A DNA stretch of 64,000 nt from Verrucomicrobiaceae bacterium (GTDB lineage Bacteria; Verrucomicrobiota; Verrucomicrobiia; Verrucomicrobiales; Akkermansiaceae), in contig JBPOGH010000004.1 of NCBI GenBank assembly GCA_051252135.1, forward strand, positions 64,001 to 128,000. Direction: 5' to 3'. Position 1 is the first letter of the stretch, and every line of letters starts with the position of its first letter. A model generated the notes under the pieces. That model searched no databases, was not told where the DNA came from, and worked only from the letters and a program-made list of their open reading frames with translations. Both the position numbers and the translations under genes were made by a program. Below are positions 45,919 through 56,085 of the stretch, piece after piece.

Positions 45919-47520
45919 ATGAATCTTTCCTACCTGTTAGAAGTATTGCCCGAAGCCTCGCGTCTTCGGATCGAGGATGTTTCTGTGGCCGGGGTGACCG
46001 ACCACAGTGGGCGTGTGGAGTCGGATTCGGTTTTTGTTGCCGTGAAGGGGTCCCAGGCAGACGGGCATGACTACCTGGATCAAGTGATCTTGAAACGCCC
46101 GGCGGCCATCGTGGCCGAGCGCAAGGCTCCGGCCGACTATTCCGGACTCTGGATTCAAGTGGCCAATTCCCGGAAGGCATTGGGACGGCTTGCCGCGCAA
46201 TTCGCCGATCATCCCGGAGCGGCGATGAAGTGCGTTGCGATCACGGGGACGAACGGCAAGACCTCGGTGACTCATTTCGTGCAGTTTTTGCTTAATGAGT
46301 TCATGATCAGGACCGGCATGATCGGGACGGTGAGGGTGCACGACGGGAAGGAGCTTCGTGATGCCACACACACCACGCCGGGAGCGCTTGAAATGCAGGA
46401 GATTCTTTCGACGATGCGCGAGAATGGCTGCAAGGCGGTGGTGATGGAAACATCCTCCCACGGATTGGAGCAAGGGCGGACCGAGGGGATTCCGTTCCGA
46501 GTGGGAGTGTTCACCAATCTGACGCAGGATCATCTGGATTACCACGGATCGATGGAAACCTACTTCGAGGCCAAGAAGCTCCTTTTTGAGCAAATGGCCG
46601 AGGAGGGTAAGGACGGGGTGGCGGTGATCAATATTGATGATGCTTACGGCCAGAAACTGGCTGATGAATTTGCGGGGCGACTGAAGGTAACGACCTACGG
46701 ATTTAGCTCCAAGGCGGACTTCAGCATAGGTGACGTCTGGCCCAGCTTTAAGGGTCAGGAATTTGCGCTCACGGCCAATGGGCGTCAGTATTTGGTGCGT
46801 TTTCCTTATGTGGGACGTTTTAATGCCCAGAATGCGGTGGCGGCGCTGGCGGTGATTTCGGGTCTTGGTTTGCGGGTCCGTGACGCGATCAAATACCTTC
46901 CGGAAACTCCGCAGACCCCGGGTCGGATGGAGAACGTGGGCGGGGACCGGTTTGCGGTGATTGTGGACTACGCCCATACACCTGATGCCTTGGCCAAGAC
47001 TTGTGAGACTCTTCGTGAGTTGAATCCAAGTCGTCTGATCACGGTCTTTGGTTGCGGCGGCGACCGGGACCGGACCAAGCGTCCTTTGATGGGAGAGGCT
47101 GCGGCGAAATACAGTGATCGTCTCTTTATTACTTCCGACAATCCACGGAGTGAGGTGGCCTTTGAGATTCTCAATGACATTCTTCCCGGCGTGGGAGGGA
47201 CACCCCACGAACTGATTGTGGATCGGGGTGAGGCGATTGCGCGGGCAATCGAGATGGCTCTGCCCCGTGACATTATTTTGATCGCAGGCAAGGGGCATGA
47301 AAATTATCAGGAGATCAATGGCGAGCGTCGTCACTTTGATGATCGTGAGCATGCCCGCAAAGCGCTGGTGGTTTATTCGAAGAAGAAAGAGGCGGAATAC
47401 GAGGAACGGCAGCGGCAACGTGATGAAGAGGATCGCAAGAATTCATCCGAAGATGAGATCGAGCCGCGTGAATCGGGGGAGATCAGAATTTACCGGCGGA
47501 AGGACAAAGAACAGGAATGA
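45919..47520 (+). CDS. murE: UDP-MurNAc-tripeptide synthetase (meso-DAP type)
   Basis: ITGTNGKTS; METSSHGL; NLTQDHLDYH; DYAHTPDA; DNPR; AGKGHE. Confidence 0.95.
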   Translation: MNLSYLLEVLPEASRLRIEDVSVAGVTDHSGRVESDSVFVAVKGSQADGHDYLDQVILKRPAAIVAERKAPADYSGLWIQVANSRKALGRLAAQFADHPGAAMKCVAITGTNGKTSVTHFVQFLLNEFMIRTGMIGTVRVHDGKELRDATHTTPGALEMQEILSTMRENGCKAVVMETSSHGLEQGRTEGIPFRVGVFTNLTQDHLDYHGSMETYFEAKKLLFEQMAEEGKDGVAVINIDDAYGQKLADEFAGRLKVTTYGFSSKADFSIGDVWPSFKGQEFALTANGRQYLVRFPYVGRFNAQNAVAALAVISGLGLRVRDAIKYLPETPQTPGRMENVGGDRFAVIVDYAHTPDALAKTCETLRELNPSRLITVFGCGGDRDRTKRPLMGEAAAKYSDRLFITSDNPRSEVAFEILNDILPGVGGTPHELIVDRGEAIARAIEMALPRDIILIAGKGHENYQEINGERRHFDDREHARKALVVYSKKKEAEYEERQRQRDEEDRKNSSEDEIEPRESGEIRIYRRKDKEQE

Positions 47521-48884
47521 AGCATTACACTCTCCAGACACTCGCTGACGCGATGGGTGGCACGCTGCATGGGCAGGGTGGGGGAGAGCTTGTGGTGACG
47601 GGCGGGGTGTCGACCGACACGCGATCGATTGGAGAGGGTGCGCTTTTCTTCGCTCTGCGGGGGGAGAACTTCGATGCGCATGATTTTTTGGATAAGGCGG
47701 GAGCGGCGATTGCTCTGGTGGTGGATCGGGCCGAGATGGTTCCGGTAGGGCGTGAGGCAATTGTGGTGAAGGATACCCTTTCCGGACTTCAGCGTCTGGC
47801 TTATTGGTATCGGCGTGAATTGGGGATTCGGGTGGTCGCGATCACCGGGTCGAACGGGAAGACGTCGACCAAGGATCTGACCAAGGCGGTTCTGGGGCAA
47901 AAATTCCGCGTGAATGCGACCTTGGGTAATTTCAATAATCACATTGGACTTCCGCTGACGGTTCTGGCGACCGAGGAGGAGCACGAGGTGGGTATTTTTG
48001 AAATGGGGATGAATCATTCCGGTGAGTTGGCGCCGCTTTGTGAGATTGCCCGTCCGGATATTTCCATCATCACCAATGTGGGGACGGCCCATATTGAGAA
48101 CATGGGGAGTCGCGAAGCGATTGCGGAAGAAAAAGGAGCGGTGGCCCGTGCTTTGGGTTCGAACGGGACATTGTTGATTCCTGCCGATTGTGAATTTATT
48201 GAGCAATATCGCGGACGGACGCAGGGCAAGATCGTGATCGTGGGCAATGGGCGGGGAAGTGTGCGGGCGGAGAATCTTGAGACCGGGATATCCGGGTCGA
48301 CCTTTGATCTCGTGATTGACGGGGTGGGTCGGGTGAGGGCAGCGATACCGGTAGCCGGAAAGCACATGGTGAGCAACGCGCTTCTGGCAGCGGGAACCGG
48401 TCATGTTCTTGGTATGACCCTGGAAGAGATTGCCGCCGGTTTGGCAGCTGCCGAGTTGACCGGCGGTCGACTTCGACAGTTCGATAAAGATGGCGTTCTG
48501 GTGATCGATGATACTTACAATGCCAATCCCGAGTCGATCACGGCCGGATTGGAAACCCTGGCAGCACTTCCGTTGAATGGTGGCGTGCGGCATGCGGTGC
48601 TCGGGATTATGGCCGAGCAGGGTGATCATGCGGCTGCCGCCTACCGGAAGATAGGCAAGCTGGCGGCTGATCTTGGACTGCATCTTGTGATTGTGGGGCA
48701 AGAGGCCTCGACGATGGATGAAGCGGCCCGCGAGGCCGGAGGGTCCTCCAACTTTTTTAAGGAAGCGGCCGAGGCAGCCAGCTTTCTCCAATCAACCGCC
48801 GCTCCGGGTGACGCTATCCTTTTCAAAGGATCTCGCGCCGCTGCGATGGAGCGGGTCATGAACATCGCTTTTCCCCAAAATTAA
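47517..48884 (+). CDS. murF: UDP-MurNAc-pentapeptide synthetase
   Basis: TGSNGKTSTK; NFNNHIGLPLT; EMGMNH.GE; DDTYNANP; KGSR. Confidence 0.95.
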   Translation: MKHYTLQTLADAMGGTLHGQGGGELVVTGGVSTDTRSIGEGALFFALRGENFDAHDFLDKAGAAIALVVDRAEMVPVGREAIVVKDTLSGLQRLAYWYRRELGIRVVAITGSNGKTSTKDLTKAVLGQKFRVNATLGNFNNHIGLPLTVLATEEEHEVGIFEMGMNHSGELAPLCEIARPDISIITNVGTAHIENMGSREAIAEEKGAVARALGSNGTLLIPADCEFIEQYRGRTQGKIVIVGNGRGSVRAENLETGISGSTFDLVIDGVGRVRAAIPVAGKHMVSNALLAAGTGHVLGMTLEEIAAGLAAAELTGGRLRQFDKDGVLVIDDTYNANPESITAGLETLAALPLNGGVRHAVLGIMAEQGDHAAAAYRKIGKLAADLGLHLVIVGQEASTMDEAAREAGGSSNFFKEAAEAASFLQSTAAPGDAILFKGSRAAAMERVMNIAFPQN

Positions 48885-50057
48885 ATGCTCCACTGGATTT
48901 ACACTATATGGAAGGACGCTCAGGCCGCTGGTGCCGAGTGGGCCGATACGTTTTCGTTTCTTCGTTTGCTGGGTTACATCACGCTGCGTGCCGGGTTGGC
49001 GGCATCCTTTGCCTTTGGCCTGAGTCTTGTCTTCGGTGGCCGGATTATCCGGAAGTTGATTTCGCTTAAAGTGGGCCAACCGATTCGGACGGCGGAGGAG
49101 GTTCATAAGCTTGCCGAGTTGCATGGCGGGAAAGCGGGGACTCCGACGATGGGCGGTATTATGATTCTGGGCACGGTGGTGGTCGCGGTCGCGCTTTGCG
49201 CCAACATGGCCAACCCCTTTGTGTTGGTGGTTCTGGCGGTGACTCTTGCTTTGGGAGTTTTGGGATTTCTTGATGACTACAAAAAGATCGTGGAGAAAAG
49301 CTCCGATGGGGTGAGCGGGAGGTTGAAGCTTGCCTGGCAGGCGGTTGTGGGTCTGGGCGCCGCGCTGTTTCTTTATTACAATCCCCAGACGAGCGAGTAT
49401 CTCTTTTTCTCAGGTGGCGAAGCGGGAGCGGTGCAGACGGTGAAGGTGACTTCACTCAGTTTTCCGCTGCTGACCTTTGTGGTTCCGCTTGGCTTGCTGG
49501 CTATTCCGTTTTTTGTGGCGTTGTTGGTGGGGACCTCGAACGCGGTGAACCTCACGGACGGGCTCGATGGTTTGGCGATCGGGGTGACGGTCACGGTGGC
49601 GATGGCCTACGCGATTGTATGCTATCTTTCCGGGACGCAACCTGCGGCCGAGTATCTTCATATCTACTTCAACAAGAGTCTCGCCGAGCTATCGGTGGTG
49701 ATGATGGCGTTGGTGGGTGCGGGGCTTGGATTTCTTTGGTTCAACTGTCATCCGGCGAAAGTCTTTATGGGCGACACCGGTTCGCTGGCAATCGGTGGAG
49801 CGATCGGGATGACGGCGATTTGCGCAAAGCAGGAGCTGCTTCTGGTGATCATCGGCGGGGTGTTTGTGATGGAGGCGCTTTCAGTGATTCTGCAGGTCGG
49901 GTCCTTCAAGCTGCGGGGTAAGCGCATTTTTGCGATGTCGCCGATCCACCACCATTTTGAACTTCGGGGCTGGCATGAAAACCAGGTCATCATTCGTTTT
50001 TGGATTCTTTCCATTCTGCTCGGGATGGGTGGGATCGCTCTTTTAAAAGTCATCTAA
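48885..50057 (+). CDS. mraY: Phospho-MurNAc-pentapeptide transferase
   Basis: KAGTPTMGG; GFLDDY; SNAVNLTDGLDGL; FMGDTGS; PIHHHFE. Confidence 0.97.
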   Translation: MLHWIYTIWKDAQAAGAEWADTFSFLRLLGYITLRAGLAASFAFGLSLVFGGRIIRKLISLKVGQPIRTAEEVHKLAELHGGKAGTPTMGGIMILGTVVVAVALCANMANPFVLVVLAVTLALGVLGFLDDYKKIVEKSSDGVSGRLKLAWQAVVGLGAALFLYYNPQTSEYLFFSGGEAGAVQTVKVTSLSFPLLTFVVPLGLLAIPFFVALLVGTSNAVNLTDGLDGLAIGVTVTVAMAYAIVCYLSGTQPAAEYLHIYFNKSLAELSVVMMALVGAGLGFLWFNCHPAKVFMGDTGSLAIGGAIGMTAICAKQELLLVIIGGVFVMEALSVILQVGSFKLRGKRIFAMSPIHHHFELRGWHENQVIIRFWILSILLGMGGIALLKVI

Positions 50058-51367
50058 TGCTCGAACTTTACGGTCAGACAGTTGCCATTCTTGGCGCAGG
50101 ACGCAGCGGGTTGGCCGCGGCGAAGCTTGCGTGCCAGTGTGGTGGCGAGGTCACGGTATTTGATTCCCGGGGTGCGGAGGTGTTTGCCTCGTTTCCGGCG
50201 GACATTGCGACCTGTGCGAAGGCGACGCCCGAGACTGCGAGCGGAAAGAACTTTGATCTCGTGGTGGTGAGTCCGGGGATCGAAACCCACGGTGATTTTG
50301 TGCAAGCGTTTGCACAGAACAGTGGAGCGTTGTGGGGAGAGATTGAATTGGGCTGGCGTTGCTTCGATGGCGTGACCATCGGGATTACCGGGACCAATGG
50401 AAAGACCACGACCACCGAGCTGGTTGACCTTCTGGTGCGTGCCACCGGGAAATCATGTGCTCCCTGCGGGAATTACGGAGTGCCCCTTTGCGAGATTGTC
50501 CTGCGAGACGAGGTGCCTGAGGTGGTGGCTCTTGAGTTGAGTTCGTTCCAACTGGAGACCATTGTTGATTTCAAGCCCGATGCGGTAATTTGGCTGAATT
50601 TCTCGGCGGATCACATGGATCGTTACGAGTCGTTGATGGAATATTTTGAGGCCAAGCAGCGAATCTTCAAGAATATCGATAACGACACTCCGGTGGTGAT
50701 TCGACAGGGTGAGACCTTGCTGTCCCTGCCCGGTCTGAAGGGTGAGGTTACGACCTTCGCTTCCGAGGAAGAGGCCGACTGGTCGCTTGACGGAGACAAC
50801 ATTCTCAAAGGTGGGCAGCCCTTTATCGCGATGAGCGGGACAAAGCTTCGCGGGCTTCACAATGCCGAGAATCTGATGGCGGCCTGTGCGGTGATTGACG
50901 GGCTCACGGCGGAGGTGGCTGAGAAAGCTTTAAGGGATTATGCGCCTCCGGTTCATCGTTGTGAGTTGGTTCGCATTCTCGATGACGTCGAATGGATCAA
51001 CGATTCGAAGGCGACGAATCTTCATGCTCTGGAATCGGCTCTGCGGTCCCAGGTGCGTCCCACGGTCCTGCTCGCCGGAGGGAAACAAAAAGGCCTCAAT
51101 TACGAACCGCTTAAGGAGCTTCTCGAAGCGAAAGTGGTGCAGGCGGTTTTCTATGGAGAGATCGGCCCTGCGTTGGCGGTGACCTTCTTCGACGTCGTTC
51201 CTACGGAGACTGTCGATACCCTTGATGAGGCGGTCAAATTTGCGGCGCAAAACGCGACTTCCGGGCAGACCGTGCTGCTCTCTCCGGGCACCTCATCCTT
51301 TGATCAATTTTCCGGCTATGAAGAACGTGGAGACGTTTTCAAAGCCTCAGTTCTTGCCCTTCACTAA
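50057..51367 (+). CDS. murD: UDP-MurNAc-L-Ala:D-Glu ligase
   Basis: GAGRSG; VVSPG; ITGTNGKTTT; ELSSFQLE; DHMDRY; NDSKATN; LLSPG..SFDQF. Confidence 0.96.
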   Translation: MLELYGQTVAILGAGRSGLAAAKLACQCGGEVTVFDSRGAEVFASFPADIATCAKATPETASGKNFDLVVVSPGIETHGDFVQAFAQNSGALWGEIELGWRCFDGVTIGITGTNGKTTTTELVDLLVRATGKSCAPCGNYGVPLCEIVLRDEVPEVVALELSSFQLETIVDFKPDAVIWLNFSADHMDRYESLMEYFEAKQRIFKNIDNDTPVVIRQGETLLSLPGLKGEVTTFASEEEADWSLDGDNILKGGQPFIAMSGTKLRGLHNAENLMAACAVIDGLTAEVAEKALRDYAPPVHRCELVRILDDVEWINDSKATNLHALESALRSQVRPTVLLAGGKQKGLNYEPLKELLEAKVVQAVFYGEIGPALAVTFFDVVPTETVDTLDEAVKFAAQNATSGQTVLLSPGTSSFDQFSGYEERGDVFKASVLALH

Positions 51368-51392
51368 AGTAACCAATCATCCAACCCAACCC

Positions 51393-52274
51393 ATGATGAA
51401 ACCCAACCTGACCTTGCAAACAAAACGAACGAAGCCCAAAGGTTCAGCCTTTAGGATTCTCAACGCTGCGACCGGTAACCGGAAGAAGCGCAAACAACGT
51501 GCCGCGACTGCGACGGCTGATGATCTTGGCGAAGTGCCGGGAGTCGGAGTGGCCCGAGCTCTCGTGGTGATCCTTCTTTTACATGTCGTCGCCATCGGAG
51601 GCATCTGGCTCCACAACAAATGGAGCAATGAAAACAATCTCGAAGCCACCCCGGCCGCGGCGGTTACGGCATCGCCGGAAGTGAAGCCGAATCTTATTCC
51701 GGGAGGGAAGCACTACTTTGTTGAGCGGGGAGATAATTATCTCAATATTGCTCGGAAACACGGTGTCGATGTTGAGGCTCTTAAAAAGGCCAACAATGCG
51801 GCGGCGCTGAGCCCCGGATTGAAGATCAATGTTCCTCCCCGCAGAGTGGAATCGACGATGCCATCCGAGGCGGTCATTGGTCATCAGACTCCGGCAGTGA
51901 TTCCGGTGGAATCGACTCCGGCAGTCCGGCCGGTGGAGCGTCCGGTGATCCAGCCGAACGATACAGATGTGATTGGCAATTCAACTCCCGGTGCGATGGT
52001 GCAGGTGGAGTCAACGCCTCCGGCGCGGACCTCGGCCCCCGAGAGCCAGCCTTTGTTGATCAAGCCCCGCATTCGCCATGACAAACCGATTCCCAAGGCT
52101 ATTCCGGTAGCGGAACCGCTTTCGGGCAAGGTTCACACCGTGGTGAAGGGTGACAGTATCTGGAGGCTTTCGAAGAAATACGGGGTGTCCCAGGACAGCC
52201 TGTTGAAAGCCAACGGGATCAGCGATCCCTCCAAGATTCGTCTTGGAGCCAAATTGAATATTCCTGCCCAGTAA
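51393..52274 (+). CDS. Membrane-anchored double-LysM protein
   Basis: TM ALVVILLLHVVAIGGIWL; LysM YFVERGDNY..IARKHGV and HTVVKGDSIWRLSKKYGVS; Pro-rich linker. Confidence 0.85.
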   Translation: MMKPNLTLQTKRTKPKGSAFRILNAATGNRKKRKQRAATATADDLGEVPGVGVARALVVILLLHVVAIGGIWLHNKWSNENNLEATPAAAVTASPEVKPNLIPGGKHYFVERGDNYLNIARKHGVDVEALKKANNAAALSPGLKINVPPRRVESTMPSEAVIGHQTPAVIPVESTPAVRPVERPVIQPNDTDVIGNSTPGAMVQVESTPPARTSAPESQPLLIKPRIRHDKPIPKAIPVAEPLSGKVHTVVKGDSIWRLSKKYGVSQDSLLKANGISDPSKIRLGAKLNIPAQ

Positions 52275-52278
52275 AATC

Positions 52279-53421
52279 ATGGGAAAAGGTGCTTCCATCT
52301 TCCTCTGTCTCGCCGTCGCGGCCCTGATTACGATCGGGCTGGTGATGTTGACGAGTGCGAGTGCGAAGTGGGACGCCGATGACGAGCAGTATTTCTATCT
52401 CGCGCGCCAGGTCCGATGGTTGGTTGTGGGCCTGGTTGGGATGGTAGGACTTGCTCTGATGGACTATCGGATTTTACGACGCTTTGCGGTGCCCTTATAT
52501 TTGGTCACCTGTCTGGCCTTGATTGCTTGTTATCTGCCTGGAATCGGGGATGCGGCGAAAGGAGAAAGTCGTTGGATTGTGCTTCCGGTGTTGGGGAGGT
52601 TTCAGCCATCCGAGCCTGCGAAGCTGGTGGTGATGATAGGAATGGCGACCTGGTTTTCGCGTTATCAGGCTGAGACGCGGAGTTTTTGGAAGGGTTTTGT
52701 GGCGCCTTGCATGATCCTGGGGGTGCCCTTATTGCTCATTCTTTTTGAGACCGACATGGGAACGGCGGCGGGTCTGGGAGCGGCGGGTCTGATGATCATT
52801 TTCATCGCAGGGACGAGGCTTCGATATCTTATTCCATCTGTGACGAGTGCGGTGGCGATGTTGGTCTACATGGTGAGCAAGGATCCGGTGCGGATGGCCC
52901 GGATTACGGCATTTATGGCTCCGGAGGAGCATCGTGAAGGAGCGGGTTGGCAGCAGGCGCTCTCGATTGAGGCCTTTGGAAACGGGGGTCCATCCGGGGT
53001 TGGATTGGGGAACGGATTGGTGAAGCAGATGAACTTTCCCGAGCACCACACGGATTTTATTTTTCCGGTGATTGGTGAGGAATTGGGTCTGGTATTCACC
53101 TTGGGAATTATTCTTTGTTTTGTGGTGATCTTTTTGGTGGGGGTGGGGATTTCCCTGTATGCCTCGGATTTGTTCGGGCGGATTCTTGGCCTTGGAGTGA
53201 CTGGAATTATTGTGGTGCCGGCGATGATGAACATCGGGGTGACGACCTCGATGCTTCCGAACACGGGCCTGCCGTTGCCCTTTGTGAGTTACGGTGGATC
53301 GAACCTGGTGTTCACTCTGGCGATGGTTGGGGTGTTGTTGGGGATTTTGAGGCGATCGGTGATTGTGGATCGGCGGGAGATTCCGGCGGTGAAGGAGAAG
53401 CGGGTTGAGTTGCGGCTCTGA
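52279..53421 (+). CDS. ftsW: SEDS peptidoglycan glycosyltransferase FtsW
   Basis: SRWI; FQPSE.AK; DMGT; PEHHTDFIF.VIGEELG; GLPLPFVSYGGS. Confidence 0.93.
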   Translation: MGKGASIFLCLAVAALITIGLVMLTSASAKWDADDEQYFYLARQVRWLVVGLVGMVGLALMDYRILRRFAVPLYLVTCLALIACYLPGIGDAAKGESRWIVLPVLGRFQPSEPAKLVVMIGMATWFSRYQAETRSFWKGFVAPCMILGVPLLLILFETDMGTAAGLGAAGLMIIFIAGTRLRYLIPSVTSAVAMLVYMVSKDPVRMARITAFMAPEEHREGAGWQQALSIEAFGNGGPSGVGLGNGLVKQMNFPEHHTDFIFPVIGEELGLVFTLGIILCFVVIFLVGVGISLYASDLFGRILGLGVTGIIVVPAMMNIGVTTSMLPNTGLPLPFVSYGGSNLVFTLAMVGVLLGILRRSVIVDRREIPAVKEKRVELRL

Positions 53422-53633
53422 GGGGTGATTTGATGTTCCAAGCGCTCATTATGCTGCGGTGGAATCGGATTTGGGGGAGGAGATGAGGGGAGAATTCTTG
53501 TGAGTCCCTTCAGGAATGGAATGGGTTTTGGTGACATCCCCTGATGTTGCGATGGCGCCGAAGTGGAGGAAGCGGCAGAGAGTTCGGTGACGGGAGGCTT
53601 GCGGGTATGGGGAGGGTGGATTAGATCCCTTGT

Positions 53634-54644
53634 GTGGCGTTTACGGTTGAAAGAGCTTTTGATTTGGTTGAGTCCGCCCATGAGCGGGGGCGGCTGGCGC
53701 ATGCCTTTTTGATTACGGGACCGAAAGGGAGCGGTAAGGGGGCTTTGGCGGCACGGATGGCGGATCTTCTGAACGGGGAGGCCGATGCGGGAGGGGATCT
53801 TTGGGGGGAGCCGGAGGAGAAGGAGGAGCCGACTCTTGACGGGGTGGAGGGGGAGTTTGTGCGCTTGGTGCGGCCGCGGTCGAAATCGAGGATCATTCGG
53901 GTGGATGAGATGAGATCGATCGAGAAGATGATGCATCAGTCGGCGCCGGGGGCGAAGTGGAAGATCGGGGTGATTGTGGATGCGGACCGGATGAACGAGT
54001 CGGCTGAGAATGCATTTTTAAAGACGCTGGAGGAGCCACCGCCGCAGAGTTTGCTTTTGTTGCTTTCGGGTGAGCCGGAGCGGTTGTTGCCGACGATTTG
54101 GTCGCGCTGTGTGCATTTGTCCCTTTTGAGAGCCGAGGATATGGAGCGTGGTGCGGTGGAGGAGGCGCTGTTGCCGCTGTTGGCATCGGCCACGGGTGAA
54201 GGGCTGGGGCGGCTGGAGACGGGGCTGCGGGTGAAGGGGGGGATTGAGGCGATTCTTCTGGAGCGCAAGGTGGCGATTACGAAGGGATACGAGGCGTTGT
54301 TCAAAGAGGAGTCGGCGAAATATAAGAAGGCGATTGAGGGTGATTGGCTGGAGAAGAGGGAGAAGGAGTATGAGGCGTATATTTCGGCGGATTATTTGGG
54401 TGAGCGGAAGCAGGTGGTGACGACCTTGTTATCCTGGATGGGTGATTTGATCCGGCAGAAGGCGGAGGGGCCGGGGCTGGAGCATCCGGAATATGCGGAA
54501 GTGACAAAGGCGGCCGCATCGAATGAAAATCTGGACTCTCTTCTACAACGTGTTACCGCGGTGGAAGAGTTACGGCAGTTGCTCGAAACCAATGTCACGG
54601 AGGCTCTCGCGCTTGAGGTCTGCCTGATGAAAGCTTTTGGATAG
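53634..54644 (+). CDS. holB: DNA polymerase III subunit delta'
   Basis: RLAHAFLITGPKGSGK; ADRMNESAENAFLKTLEEPP; LLPTIWSRC. Confidence 0.9.
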   Translation: MAFTVERAFDLVESAHERGRLAHAFLITGPKGSGKGALAARMADLLNGEADAGGDLWGEPEEKEEPTLDGVEGEFVRLVRPRSKSRIIRVDEMRSIEKMMHQSAPGAKWKIGVIVDADRMNESAENAFLKTLEEPPPQSLLLLLSGEPERLLPTIWSRCVHLSLLRAEDMERGAVEEALLPLLASATGEGLGRLETGLRVKGGIEAILLERKVAITKGYEALFKEESAKYKKAIEGDWLEKREKEYEAYISADYLGERKQVVTTLLSWMGDLIRQKAEGPGLEHPEYAEVTKAAASNENLDSLLQRVTAVEELRQLLETNVTEALALEVCLMKAFG

Positions 54645-54653
54645 AATAGAATT

Positions 54654-55718
54654 ATGAAAGGGGACAAATCATTTGTGGATCACATCCGTATCCGTTGCCG
54701 CTCGGGCGACGGGGGGAATGGCGCGGTTAGTTTTCGTAAGGAAAAGTTTGTTCCGCGTGGTGGTCCCGATGGTGGTGACGGTGGCGATGGGGGGAACGTG
54801 ATTATTGTGGTGGATGAGAACACCGACAATCTGCGTTCTTTTCATTACGATCCCAAGTTGATTGCTGACAATGGTGGTCAGGGTCAGAGCTGGAAGCGTC
54901 ATGGAAAGAATGGCAAGCCGGCGATAGGACGGGTTCCTCCGGGGACGGTCATTTATAAAAGTTCGGCGGAGACGGTGAGTGAGGCGGTGGCGCAGGAGCG
55001 CAGTGAGGAGGGGATTGAGCTGACTCCGGTGGCCGATTTGACGGAGCACGGGCAGGAGCTGGTTCTTTGTGAAGGCGGAAAAGGGGGGCGTGGTAATTTT
55101 CATTTCCGGTCGGCAACGAATCAGGTGCCGCAGGAGCGGGAGCTGGGGACGGAGGGCGAGGACCATGTTTATTATCTGGAGCTGCGCCGCATTGCGGATG
55201 CGGGTTTGGTGGGATTTCCGAATGCGGGGAAGTCGACCTTGTTGGGGAAGCTTTCGGCGAAGAAGCCGAAGGTGGCATCCTATCCGTTTACGACGCTGAC
55301 TCCCCAGATTGGGGTGGTGCCTTTGACCGGGCATTTGCGTTGCACGCTGGCTGACATTCCGGGAATCATTGAAGGAGCGCATGAAAACCGGGGCCTTGGG
55401 CACGAGTTTCTGCGTCACATCACGCGTTGTCGGGTGTTGCTTTTTGTGGTGGATATGGCGGGAAGCGAGGGGCGTGATCCGATTGAGGATGTGCAGACGC
55501 TGCGCACCGAGATCAAGATGTACGACGAGGAGCTGTCCAAATTCCCCTGGATGGTGGTGGCGAACAAGATGGATCTTGAGGGAGCGGAAGAGAATCTGGC
55601 GGCGTTTCAGAATCGTTTTTCCAAGATCAAGACGGTTTCGATTTCTGCCGAGCAGGAGGAGGGTCTTGATGAGGTGAGGGCCGCACTGGAGGAGATCATG
55701 AAGTCCGGAGATGCGTGA
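54654..55718 (+). CDS. obgE: GTPase ObgE/CgtA
   Basis: FVD..SGDGGNG..SFRKEKFVPRGGPDGGDGG; GFPNAGKS; YPFTT; DIPG; NKMD. Confidence 0.96.
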   Translation: MKGDKSFVDHIRIRCRSGDGGNGAVSFRKEKFVPRGGPDGGDGGDGGNVIIVVDENTDNLRSFHYDPKLIADNGGQGQSWKRHGKNGKPAIGRVPPGTVIYKSSAETVSEAVAQERSEEGIELTPVADLTEHGQELVLCEGGKGGRGNFHFRSATNQVPQERELGTEGEDHVYYLELRRIADAGLVGFPNAGKSTLLGKLSAKKPKVASYPFTTLTPQIGVVPLTGHLRCTLADIPGIIEGAHENRGLGHEFLRHITRCRVLLFVVDMAGSEGRDPIEDVQTLRTEIKMYDEELSKFPWMVVANKMDLEGAEENLAAFQNRFSKIKTVSISAEQEEGLDEVRAALEEIMKSGDA

Positions 55719-56085
55719 GTTGCTCTTCGTCTACGGGGCGTTGCGCAAGGGGGCCTCGAATGATTGGCGGATGAACGATGCCCGTTGGCTGGGTCCGGCA
55801 GAGGTGGCGGGGGCTCTGGTGAAGATTGACTGGTATCCCGGGCTGGTGCTGAGTGAGAGGGGCGGGCCGGTGAAGGGGGAGGTTTATGAAGTTTCCACGG
55901 ATTTGTTGGCCGAGCTGGATGCCTTTGAAGGGATCGGGTTGGCCGATGACCGGAACGGGGAATACCACCGGATTCGCGCGACCGTGCTTCTGGAGGACGG
56001 TCCGCGCGAGGTGTGGATTTACGAGTGGCTCAAGGGGGTCGACGGCTATGAAGTGGTCGACAGCGGAGACTGGCTGACGCGTTGA
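55711..56085 (+). CDS. Gamma-glutamylcyclotransferase (AIG2-like) protein
   Basis: LFVYGALR.G..N; YPGL; V.GEVY; LDAFEG. Confidence 0.85.
   Translation: MRELLFVYGALRKGASNDWRMNDARWLGPAEVAGALVKIDWYPGLVLSERGGPVKGEVYEVSTDLLAELDAFEGIGLADDRNGEYHRIRATVLLEDGPREVWIYEWLKGVDGYEVVDSGDWLTR

Noticed and set aside
53422..53600. Mobile-element scar at the dcw breakpoint
   Set aside because: No terminal inverted repeats, target duplication or transposase remnant visible
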